A stretch of 31,461 nt of DNA from positions 1 through 31,461 of the forward strand of contig JAYVCD010000429.1 of the NCBI GenBank assembly GCA_043750125.1. Direction: 5' to 3'. The position numbers were made by a program, and so were the translations under genes. This DNA is from Archangiaceae bacterium. Its GTDB lineage: Bacteria; Myxococcota; Myxococcia; Myxococcales; Myxococcaceae. Below are positions 17,606 through 25,454 of the stretch, piece by piece; positions within the stretch are counted from its first letter, which is position 1; every line of letters begins with the position of its first letter. The notes beneath the pieces are model-generated. The model worked only from the letters and a program-made list of their open reading frames with translations, did no database searches and had not been told where the DNA came from.

Positions 17606-17723
17606 CAGCTCCTTGGACACGAAGGCGGTGGGTAAAGAGACATGGTTTATACCGGGCCGCTCGGTTCTGATGTCTCAGCACGATGGATCCGGGTGTCCAA
17701 GTTCCGGCGGGAAGGTTCGGGCG

Positions 17724-18230
17724 ATGTCGAAAGGCTTAGGGCGCGACGAGTTGCAGCGCCTCTATGGGCAGTTGGCACCGGCCATCTACCGGCGGGCACG
17801 ACTGCTGTTGGGCCGTGAGGCCGACGCATGGGACGTGGTGCAAGAGGTGTTCGAGAAAATGCTCGCGATGGGCGAAGGGTTTCGAGGTGAGTCGCAGCCG
17901 ATGACGTGGGCGTGGCGCATCACCACCCACCTGTGCCTCAACCAGCTGCGGGCGCGCAAGTTGCGCGAGCCGAAGCTGCACCTGGTCAGGTCCGACGAGC
18001 CGACGGGCGACCCGGGCGGCGTCGAGGTGCGCCAACTGCTGCGGGTCTGGCTCAGCGGGCTGGACGAACGCGAGCAGCAAATCGCCACCTTGCTCTTCAT
18101 CGATGGGCTGACCCAGGAAGACGCGGCTGACGTGCTGGGCCTGTCGCGGAAAACCATTGGGCGAGAGGTCGAGCAGCTGAGGCAGAAGGCCGCTTCGCTG
18201 GGCGCGCTTCCAGGAGAAGAGCATGGGTGA
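17724..18230 (+). CDS. ECF RNA polymerase sigma factor
   Basis: Region 2 IYRRARLLLG.EADAWDVVQEVF and WAWRITTHLCLN; region 4 LDERE...DGLTQEDAADVLGLSRKTI; start reassigned to ATG 17724. Confidence 0.92.
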   Translation: MSKGLGRDELQRLYGQLAPAIYRRARLLLGREADAWDVVQEVFEKMLAMGEGFRGESQPMTWAWRITTHLCLNQLRARKLREPKLHLVRSDEPTGDPGGVEVRQLLRVWLSGLDEREQQIATLLFIDGLTQEDAADVLGLSRKTIGREVEQLRQKAASLGALPGEEHG

Positions 18231-18900
18231 GCACCTCTCGGCGTTGGCGCTCGATGCCCTTGCGGCCGAGCTGCCGGTGGATTTGCCGACCTCGAGCCAC
18301 GTCGCGACCTGCGCTGTCTGTCGAACCCGGCTCGAGGCGTTGAAGGCCGAACGCGCGGCTCTGATGCAGGGGCCGGCCGTCCACGCGCTGTTCGAAAAGC
18401 TCGCGCTCCCGATGGCTCAGAAGAAGACGCTGCCGCGCTGGGCGCCGGTGTTGTTCGCGTTGGCCGCGGGGCTGTGGGTCCTCGTCGGCACCCGCTTCCT
18501 TCCCAAGCACAACCAGACCCTGCTCAAAGGGCAACCGACGGTCGAGCTGCTCAGCGGCAACACGTCGGTCTCGAGCGCCCACGTCGGGGACAAGCTGTGG
18601 CTGGCGGTCGGAGGCGCGGGGCATTCCGCGGTGGGCGTGTTCACCGTCGATGACCAGGCCGAGGTCTCGCAGCTGCTGGCCTCGACGAAAATAGGCAGCG
18701 GGGCGCGGGTGCCGGTGGGGAAGGGGTTCGAAGTCACTGCCGGCTCGCTGGCCGTGATCGCGTGCTTCGGCGAGCACCCGCTGGCAATGGATGTGCTGCG
18801 GGCCGAGCTTTCTTCCCGAGTCGCCCGAGCGGGGAAAACCCCACTCGAGGTCTTGGCGCCCGACGGCTGTGTGAAGGCGAAGCTCGAGGTCGCTTTGTGA
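18223..18900 (+). CDS. putative zinc-binding (HxxxCxxC) single-TM anti-sigma factor with extracytoplasmic domain
   Basis: HLS...LD start; HVATCAVC motif; TM segment WAPVLFALAAGLWVLV; beta-rich C-terminal domain; overlaps the sigma gene by 8 nt. Confidence 0.8.
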   Translation: MGEHLSALALDALAAELPVDLPTSSHVATCAVCRTRLEALKAERAALMQGPAVHALFEKLALPMAQKKTLPRWAPVLFALAAGLWVLVGTRFLPKHNQTLLKGQPTVELLSGNTSVSSAHVGDKLWLAVGGAGHSAVGVFTVDDQAEVSQLLASTKIGSGARVPVGKGFEVTAGSLAVIACFGEHPLAMDVLRAELSSRVARAGKTPLEVLAPDGCVKAKLEVAL

Positions 18901-20429
18901 GCTCGGCGGCGCTGCTGAGCCTCTGGCTCGTCACCGCCGCGCAAGTCCCGCCCGAAGAAGGCCAGCGCTGGGCGTTGGTGGTCGGGGAGAACCATGGGCT
19001 GTCGAGCGAAGAGACGCTGCGCTTCGCAGAGTCCGACGCGCGAAAAATGCTTCTGGTGCTGCAGGAAGTCGGAGGCGTGGTGCCCTCGCGGTCGGTCGGT
19101 GTCTACGGCACCGACGCGAACCGACTGCGCATCGCTCTCAAGGCCTTGTCCGCTCGGCTGGCCAGCGAGGCGACGGCGAAAGACCGCTTGATTGTCTACG
19201 TCAGCTCGCACGCGGGCGACGGAGCGATTCACCTCGCCGGCACGGAATTCCCGCTTTCCGAGCTGGCGGACTTCGTGCGCGCGGCTCCGGTGGCGGTGGC
19301 GTTGCTGGTCGTCGATGCGTGCCGGTCGGGCTCGCTGACCCGGCTGAAGGGCCTGAAGGCCGCTGAAGTTCCGCCGATTCGCATCGAGGCCACGGACCTC
19401 TCGGGGCACGTCTTCATCTCGGCCTCGGGGGCCGACGAGTACGCCCAGGAATCAGAAGAGCTGCAGGGCAGCACCTTCACCCACCACTGGGTGACGGGCT
19501 TGCGCGGTGCGGCCGATGCTTCCCACGACGGCCGCGTCACCCTCGACGAAGCGTACGCGTGGGCCTGGTCGCGCACGCTCGAGTCGACGTTCGCCACCGC
19601 GGGAGGAATTCAGCGTCCGGCCTTCAAGGTGGACTTGCGAGGGCAGGGCGAGCTGGTGCTCACCGACCTGTCGCGTGCCGACGGACGGCTGACGCTCGAT
19701 TCGGTCGAGCCAGGCCGCTGGCTGTTGGTGGACCAGAAAACCGGGGCTGTCGTCGCGGACGTCGAAAAGTCAGCGGGGCCGATGGTCCTTGCGGTGCCGG
19801 CGGGCAGCTACCGGGTTCGGCTGCGCGCGGCCGACGGTTACTTCGAGCGGAAAGTGACGGTCCCGGCTCTGGGCGGGGCGGTGGTGCGGGCGATCGAATT
19901 CGTCGATGCCCCGTTCATTCGCCTCGTCTCGAAGGGCAGCGGGCCGACCGTGCTGTTGATGTCGGCCGGACTCAGTGTCGGCTCGGGGCTCATCTCGGCG
20001 GTGAAAATGGAGGTGGGGGCCGAGCTGAAGCTGCGGCGAGAGGGGGCGCTGCTCGGCCCGGTGAACCTGTTCTACGGGGTGCTGGCCGTGCGCGATGGGA
20101 ACTCGTTCGGGCCCGAGCTCTTCAAGCAGACGGAATTCGAGCTGCGAATCGGAGCCGGCCACCGGTTGCAGCGGGGCACCCTGGCCGCCGCGATCGGGCT
20201 CGAAGTGGGCGCGGTGGGGGTGTGGCAGCGCGGCTTCCGGGTCGGGTCCCCGCGCTTCGGGCTCGAGCCGATCGTCTTGGTGGCGACCGAAGTGCGGTGG
20301 GCGTTCGCCGACCGGTTCTCGCTCTACATCGCCGTTCAGGGCGGAGCGGCGGCCGTCCGCAAAGAGAGCAGCGGGCTGTCCGGCCTGACGCGCTTTGGTG
20401 CCGGAGCGGGGCTCGCCGCCGCGTTTTGA
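18897..20429 (+). CDS. exported caspase-family (peptidase C14) protein with C-terminal putative outer-membrane beta-barrel
   Basis: Signal-like N-terminus; WALVVGEN, LRFAESDA, catalytic YVSSHA and VDACRSG; FTHHWVTGLRGAADASHDGRVTLDE; amphipathic beta-strands ending in a terminal Phe; GTGA overlap with the anti-sigma stop. Confidence 0.88.
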   Translation: MSSAALLSLWLVTAAQVPPEEGQRWALVVGENHGLSSEETLRFAESDARKMLLVLQEVGGVVPSRSVGVYGTDANRLRIALKALSARLASEATAKDRLIVYVSSHAGDGAIHLAGTEFPLSELADFVRAAPVAVALLVVDACRSGSLTRLKGLKAAEVPPIRIEATDLSGHVFISASGADEYAQESEELQGSTFTHHWVTGLRGAADASHDGRVTLDEAYAWAWSRTLESTFATAGGIQRPAFKVDLRGQGELVLTDLSRADGRLTLDSVEPGRWLLVDQKTGAVVADVEKSAGPMVLAVPAGSYRVRLRAADGYFERKVTVPALGGAVVRAIEFVDAPFIRLVSKGSGPTVLLMSAGLSVGSGLISAVKMEVGAELKLRREGALLGPVNLFYGVLAVRDGNSFGPELFKQTEFELRIGAGHRLQRGTLAAAIGLEVGAVGVWQRGFRVGSPRFGLEPIVLVATEVRWAFADRFSLYIAVQGGAAAVRKESSGLSGLTRFGAGAGLAAAF

Positions 20430-20508
20430 GGTGCGATGCGAGCGCGGCTCTTGAACGTGATGCGGGTGGCGGGCGCAGTGGGTCGGGTCCGGTCGCCACC
20501 GCGAAGTT

Positions 20509-21936
20509 CTAGTACGCGAGTGAGAAGACGATTCGCCCGACGCTCGGCTCGCCGGTCACGATGCACTTGCCGGGTTCCTGCTTCAGCGCGAAGGGTCGGT
20601 TGCGGGTGGTGAGCTTCGTCTCTTCCTTGATCCGCTGCTCGACCTTCGGGTCCCCATTCCAGTGGGCGAGCAGAAACCCGTCGTTCGCACGGGCCTTCAG
20701 CTCGTCGTAGCTGTTGACCTCGAAGGTGTTCGCGTCGCGGAACTCCTTCGCCTTGTTGAACATCGCGCTCTGCATCTGCTCGAGCATCGACTGGCACTTC
20801 GCCACGCACTCGGCCAGCGGCACCGAGAGCTTGTTCTTGATGTCATCGCGGCGCACGAGCACGCACTGCTCTTTGGCGAGATCTTTGGGGCCGAGGTCCA
20901 TGCGAACGCAGACCCCCTGCATCTCGTATTCGTAGAATTTCGCGCCCATCGCTTTGGCTTCGTCGTTGTCGATCTTCACCCGGACCCCGGCCTTCTTCAG
21001 CTCGGCGGCGATCTGCACCGCCCGGGCGTAGGCCGGCGCGCGCTCTTCTCCTTTTCCGATGATCACGATCACCACCTGCTGGGCCGAAAGCTTCGGAGGC
21101 ACCACCAACCCCGCATCGTCGCTGTGGGTCATGATCAGCGCTCCGATCAACCGGGTCGAGACGCCCCACGAGGTTTGCCACACGTGGTGTTGCTGTCCGT
21201 CGCGGCCCTGGAAGACGGTGTCGAAGGCCTTGGCGAAGTTCTGCCCCAGGTCGTGGGACGTGCCGGCCTGCAGGGCCTTCTTGTCCTGCATCATCGCTTC
21301 GATCGAGTAGGTCTTGTTCGCGCCGGCGAACTTTTCAGAATCGGTCTTGCGGCCGGCCATCACCGGCATCGCCATCCACTCTTCGGCGAACACCCGGTAG
21401 ACCTCGAGCATCTTCAGCGTCTCTTCTTCCGCGTCGGCCTCGGTCTCGTGGCAGGTGTGGCCCTCTTGCCAGAGGAACTCGGTGGTGCGCAGGAACATGC
21501 GGGTGCGCATTTCCCAGCGCATCACGTTCGCCCACTGGTTGATCAGCATCGGCAGGTCGCGGTAGCTCTGAATCCACAGCTTGAAGCTGCGGTTGATGAT
21601 CGTCTCGGACGTCGGGCGAATGACGTAGGGCTCGGTCAGCTTCGCGCCGCCCGCGTGGGTCACCAGGGCCAGTTGAGGGTTGAAGCCCTCGACGTGTTCC
21701 TTTTCCTTCTTCAGGTAGCTCTCGGGGATCAGCAGCGGGAAGTAGGCGTTCTGATGCCCGGTTTCCTTGAACATCGAGTCGAGCTGCCGCTGGATGTTTT
21801 CCCAGATGGCGTACCCGTTGGGACGGATCACCATGCAGCCCTTCACGTCAGAGTTGTCGGCCAGCTTGGCGGCTTGAACCAGCTCGCCGTACCACTTCGA
21901 AAAATCTGTCGCGCGCGTTGTCAGCTTGTCAGCCAT
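20509..21936 (-). CDS. proS: proline--tRNA ligase (archaeal/eukaryote-type, no editing insertion)
   Basis: [63 protein letters not shown] and terminal Tyr. Confidence 0.98.
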   Translation of the reverse strand: MADKLTTRATDFSKWYGELVQAAKLADNSDVKGCMVIRPNGYAIWENIQRQLDSMFKETGHQNAYFPLLIPESYLKKEKEHVEGFNPQLALVTHAGGAKLTEPYVIRPTSETIINRSFKLWIQSYRDLPMLINQWANVMRWEMRTRMFLRTTEFLWQEGHTCHETEADAEEETLKMLEVYRVFAEEWMAMPVMAGRKTDSEKFAGANKTYSIEAMMQDKKALQAGTSHDLGQNFAKAFDTVFQGRDGQQHHVWQTSWGVSTRLIGALIMTHSDDAGLVVPPKLSAQQVVIVIIGKGEERAPAYARAVQIAAELKKAGVRVKIDNDEAKAMGAKFYEYEMQGVCVRMDLGPKDLAKEQCVLVRRDDIKNKLSVPLAECVAKCQSMLEQMQSAMFNKAKEFRDANTFEVNSYDELKARANDGFLLAHWNGDPKVEQRIKEETKLTTRNRPFALKQEPGKCIVTGEPSVGRIVFSLAY

Positions 21937-21951
21937 GCGCGGGCGCTTAGT

Positions 21952-22500
21952 TCAAAAGCGGGCCAGCGTCACTCCGATCATCGGGGTCGAAAACCGCACC
22001 TGCTGAGGGCTGGGCGGCTGCATCGCGGGGGGAATATCGCGCGGTGGCTCGACCGGCGCAGACAGCCGCTCGATCGCCTGGTTCACCCGATCGAGCTGCT
22101 GGCCCAGCCGGTTGCGGTCGTAGGAAAGTCCTCGCAGCAGAATTCCGCCGGCGATCAGCAACCCAGCCGCCACCAGGCCCACGATGCTGACCCCGATGGT
22201 GAAGCCGGGATCAAACCCACCCCGGGTGAGCAGGGCGAACACGCCTCCGAGGAAGACGACGACCAGGTCGATGACCCCGATCGCTCCTCCGACGGCCATC
22301 ATCGCGATCGGCCCTCCCAGGCCCGGGCGTTCGTCCTCGAGGCGACGGGCTTCGGCCTGCAGCTGAGCCCGGGTCCACCCCTCGAAGGTCGGCTGTTCGC
22401 CGGGCAAGGCCTGTTGGACCTGAACGAATCGAACGGCCAGGTCGGCGGCACTGGGCTCGGTGCTGCTCAACACCGCGGCTGCGAGGACAGAGAGGATCAT
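21952..22500 (-). CDS. hypothetical exported membrane protein (paralogue of 22500-23111)
   Basis: Signal peptide; two Gly-rich hydrophobic helices; Pro-rich linker; C-terminal ARF. Confidence 0.72.
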   Translation of the reverse strand: MILSVLAAAVLSSTEPSAADLAVRFVQVQQALPGEQPTFEGWTRAQLQAEARRLEDERPGLGGPIAMMAVGGAIGVIDLVVVFLGGVFALLTRGGFDPGFTIGVSIVGLVAAGLLIAGGILLRGLSYDRNRLGQQLDRVNQAIERLSAPVEPPRDIPPAMQPPSPQQVRFSTPMIGVTLARF

Positions 22501-23111
22501 TAGAATCGGGCGAAGATCAGCGGGAACTGCAGCGAGGACCGGGAAGCATCCGGAGGCAGGGGCGGGGGCGGCGGACCTTGCGGAGGGGGCCCGATGTACG
22601 TCGGGGCTTCCGGAGCTTCAGGCGGCACGTACCGGCGCGGGTCGGGCTGACGATTGTCTTCGCCTTCTTTGCTCAGCCGGTCGACCTCGTCCATCTGGGC
22701 GTTGTAGATGCGCCGCTCGGGCAGGGCGCGGGCCAGCAAGATGCCTCCGATGATCACCATCGCGGCGCCGCCGGTACCGACGATTCCAAACAGCACGAGG
22801 AAGGGCAGCGATGAGGTGGTGAGCGCGCCCGAGGCGATGACCCCCAACCCGACGAGGTAGAGCGCGACGGTCAAGGCCCCGCCTCCGCCCCCCATCAGGC
22901 CAATCGGAAGTCCGATTCCCGGCCGGGTTTCTTTGAGCCGCTCGTATTCCTGGCGCAGCTGCCCCTTGCTCCAGCCGGCGTAGCTGGGAAGGTTCGAAGG
23001 CGGCGCCGCTTCGTCGACGACGAGTCGCACCGTGCGAGGCGACCCCGCGGCGAGGAATGCGGGTTGGTCGTCGGTGGAGGCGAACATCAACAACAGGGCG
23101 GTGGTCAGCAT
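22500..23111 (-). CDS. hypothetical exported membrane protein (paralogue of 21952-22500)
   Basis: Signal peptide; two Gly-rich hydrophobic helices; Pro-rich linker; C-terminal ARF; stop overlaps the next start by 1 nt. Confidence 0.72.
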   Translation of the reverse strand: MLTTALLLMFASTDDQPAFLAAGSPRTVRLVVDEAAPPSNLPSYAGWSKGQLRQEYERLKETRPGIGLPIGLMGGGGGALTVALYLVGLGVIASGALTTSSLPFLVLFGIVGTGGAAMVIIGGILLARALPERRIYNAQMDEVDRLSKEGEDNRQPDPRRYVPPEAPEAPTYIGPPPQGPPPPPLPPDASRSSLQFPLIFARF

Positions 23112-23180
23112 GAAGGGCGGGCAACCTAACAGCCTGCGGCCGGCAAAGGCTCAAAGCCGGCGGTCCACACCCCCTTGGGC

Positions 23181-24581
23181 TCAGGGTACGTAGACGAGGC
23201 GGCCGTAGCCGGGGCTGTACACCACGGTGGAAGACCCAGAACAGGTGCGCAGAATGGACGTGGAGTGCGCGAAGGCAGCCGAGCCGTCCGGGCGGACCGC
23301 GACGACTCCCTGGCTCATGTGCCAGGTGGCATTCGCGGGCGGCGACCCGTTGCAGGCTGTCGCGGTGAAGGCGACCGGATCATAGGCAGCGGTCACCGCC
23401 GCAGCAGTGTCGATGTCCGCCACGATCCAGTTGGCCCCGGTCAGACAATTCTGGCTGCAGATTCGAGTGAACACCTTGGCGCTGTTGGTGACAGAGAGCA
23501 CGAGGCCCCCGGCTTGCTCGACCATCGCAATGGCTTCGGATCCGTCGTTCAATGCGCCGGTGGTAATTCCGCTCCACGCGCTCGCCTGGAGGCAGTTGCT
23601 GTCGCAGCTCCAGAAAAGTATCAGATTATCCTGCGCCCTCACCGCGGGCGTCTGGCTCGAGTCGGTCACGCCCTGGTTGTAGACAACGCGCACTCCCCCC
23701 TGAGCCGTCACTGCGATCGCCAGAGGGCTGTTGCCGTCATAGGCCACTACGTTCGCCAGCTCCTGCCAGCTCGACTCCAGCGTGCAGTTGGATGAGCAGG
23801 TTCGGTAGGACAGCGCGTTGCCCACTGAGCCGGGGCTCGCGTTGTCCACCAACTGGTGCAGCGTGGTGCCTCGGGCCGCCAGCGCAGTGCGGATTCCTCC
23901 CGAGCGAATGCGACCCGCCGTCCAATTGCCCAGGCTCGTGCAGCCTGTCGCGCAGGTCGCGAGCGTCAGGCCTCCGTTGGTGAAGGTCGAGTTGTCGACA
24001 GTGAAAGTGAGTCGGTTCTGCGCGTCGATGACCATCGGCGATCCCCGGGAAGGCGAGTTCCAGTTGCCTCCGAAGAGTGAAGCGAGGTTCGTCTTCGTCC
24101 AGTTTGCGGCCTGCGCGCAGTCGGTCGCGCACGTCGCGTATTGAAGTTGATCCGGGCTGCCCATTGCCGACAGCTCAAAGAGCATGTGAACCCGGTTGTC
24201 AGCGCCCACCAGCAGGCGAATCGACCCGGCGTACTGACTCGAGCCGATGATGGTGGTGGTCCAGTTGGATCCAACGCCGCAGTTGGCTGCGCAGCGCGAG
24301 TACCGCACCGAGGACGGAGAAGTGTTGAGGCTGTAGGCCAGGTGCAGCACCCCGTCCGGCCCGGAGGCCAGCGCGGGTGCGAAGAAAGCGAAGGTGTTGA
24401 AGTTGACGATACCTACCCCACTGCCGCCGCCGCCCGCTCCGGCACCGCCGCCGACACCCGTTCCTCCGCCGACACCCGTTCCACCGCCACCGCCGCCGCC
24501 TGTTCCGCCGCCCGCCCCCGTTCCAGAGGAACATCCACTGGCCATTCCAATAACGACTGTCGCGAAGATGAGTGAGCGCAC
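23181..24581 (-). CDS. lipoprotein with Gly-rich linker and six CxxxC-x5-W repeats (putative beta-propeller)
   Basis: GTG 24581 gives MRSLIFATVVIGMASGC (lipobox-like ASGC); poly-Gly linker; repeats such as YSRCAANCGVGSNW and YATCATDCAQAANW. Confidence 0.75.
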   Translation of the reverse strand: MRSLIFATVVIGMASGCSSGTGAGGGTGGGGGGGTGVGGGTGVGGGAGAGGGGSGVGIVNFNTFAFFAPALASGPDGVLHLAYSLNTSPSSVRYSRCAANCGVGSNWTTTIIGSSQYAGSIRLLVGADNRVHMLFELSAMGSPDQLQYATCATDCAQAANWTKTNLASLFGGNWNSPSRGSPMVIDAQNRLTFTVDNSTFTNGGLTLATCATGCTSLGNWTAGRIRSGGIRTALAARGTTLHQLVDNASPGSVGNALSYRTCSSNCTLESSWQELANVVAYDGNSPLAIAVTAQGGVRVVYNQGVTDSSQTPAVRAQDNLILFWSCDSNCLQASAWSGITTGALNDGSEAIAMVEQAGGLVLSVTNSAKVFTRICSQNCLTGANWIVADIDTAAAVTAAYDPVAFTATACNGSPPANATWHMSQGVVAVRPDGSAAFAHSTSILRTCSGSSTVVYSPGYGRLVYVP

Positions 24582-24740
24582 GGCCCCGACTATGACCTGA
24601 GGATCTTTCGCTCGCGAGTTGCTGATGTGGGACCGGGGACCCAGCCGCACAGAAGTGTTCTCCGATGGGTCGGCAACGCGAATTGTGGAGTTGAGGCCCG
24701 GGTGCACGGTTGCCGATTTGCTGCTCGAGGTGTCGCGCGG

Positions 24741-25352
24741 CTACACCGGCGACAGGTCTTCGATCTCTTCCGGAGTAGTCGGAGGGCGGTTGAGCCTCTT
24801 TTCTTTGCTCGAGTGCAGGTCACTGAGGATTTCCAGCGCCCCGCTCGTTTCTGTCGGCGAGACCGCTCGCAACATGGCCATCGCCTTACCGAGCAGCTCC
24901 ACCTCCGCCCGCTCGCGGCCCCTGACCGAGTCCAACAGGTTGATGAACGACGCAAACAGGTTCTGCAGGTCATCGTCTTTGCGGAGGTTCCGAACCAGCG
25001 GAAAGTGGCCCTTCGTGAGCGCGGTCATCATCCGCGACACGACGAAGACTGGCCCAGCAATCCGATGCGTTACCAAAATCCCCAGGATTCCGGCGAAGCA
25101 TCCGATGAGGACGATGGCCGCCACGTACCACCAGATGAGGCCTTCGCCCACCACCATCAGCCCGATCTCGTCGGGCGCCACCAGCCCGCGGAAGACGTCC
25201 AGGCGACGTTGAATAACGAAGGTCACAACCCCTGCCTGGGCAGTGAAGACGGCCCCCGTCGTCGCGAAGAGCGCGAAGTACCTGAGCTGTAATTTCTTGT
25301 CGACGATCAGAGTCCGCCGACGGTACGGACCTCTGGGAGCAGCCTCGTCCAT
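24741..25352 (-). CDS. two-TM membrane protein with HAMP-like segment
   Basis: YRRRTLIVDKKLQLRY, two TM helices, THRIAGPVFVVSR.M..L..G....RNLRKDDDLQ.L...F; GAGG RBS before ATG 25352. Confidence 0.75.
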   Translation of the reverse strand: MDEAAPRGPYRRRTLIVDKKLQLRYFALFATTGAVFTAQAGVVTFVIQRRLDVFRGLVAPDEIGLMVVGEGLIWWYVAAIVLIGCFAGILGILVTHRIAGPVFVVSRMMTALTKGHFPLVRNLRKDDDLQNLFASFINLLDSVRGRERAEVELLGKAMAMLRAVSPTETSGALEILSDLHSSKEKRLNRPPTTPEEIEDLSPV

Positions 25353-25414
25353 GGTTGGGTTCCTCAGTGGCAGCTGGTGCCGGAAGCGAGAAGAGAGTCG
25401 AAACGAAACGATCG

Positions 25415-25454
25415 GAAAACCCGCGGCACGAATTCCTACTGGCAGTTCGTGCCG
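25415..25454 (-). terminator. candidate intrinsic terminator or RNA hairpin at the pilY1 stop
   Basis: Perfect 9-bp inverted repeat CGGCACGAA/TTCGTGCCG (25424-25432 and 25446-25454) with a 13-nt loop, followed on the minus strand by CGGGTTTT; the long loop and short U-tract weaken the call. Confidence 0.35.

Noticed and set aside
20455-20505. Imperfect hairpin GGTGGCG...CGCCACC between the convergent caspase and proS genes
   Set aside because: Long loop, no U-tract, no second copy in the window; too weak to call a terminator or REP
24420-24520. Repeated CCGCCGACACCCGTTCC units
   Set aside because: Encode the GGGTGV low-complexity linker of the lipoprotein
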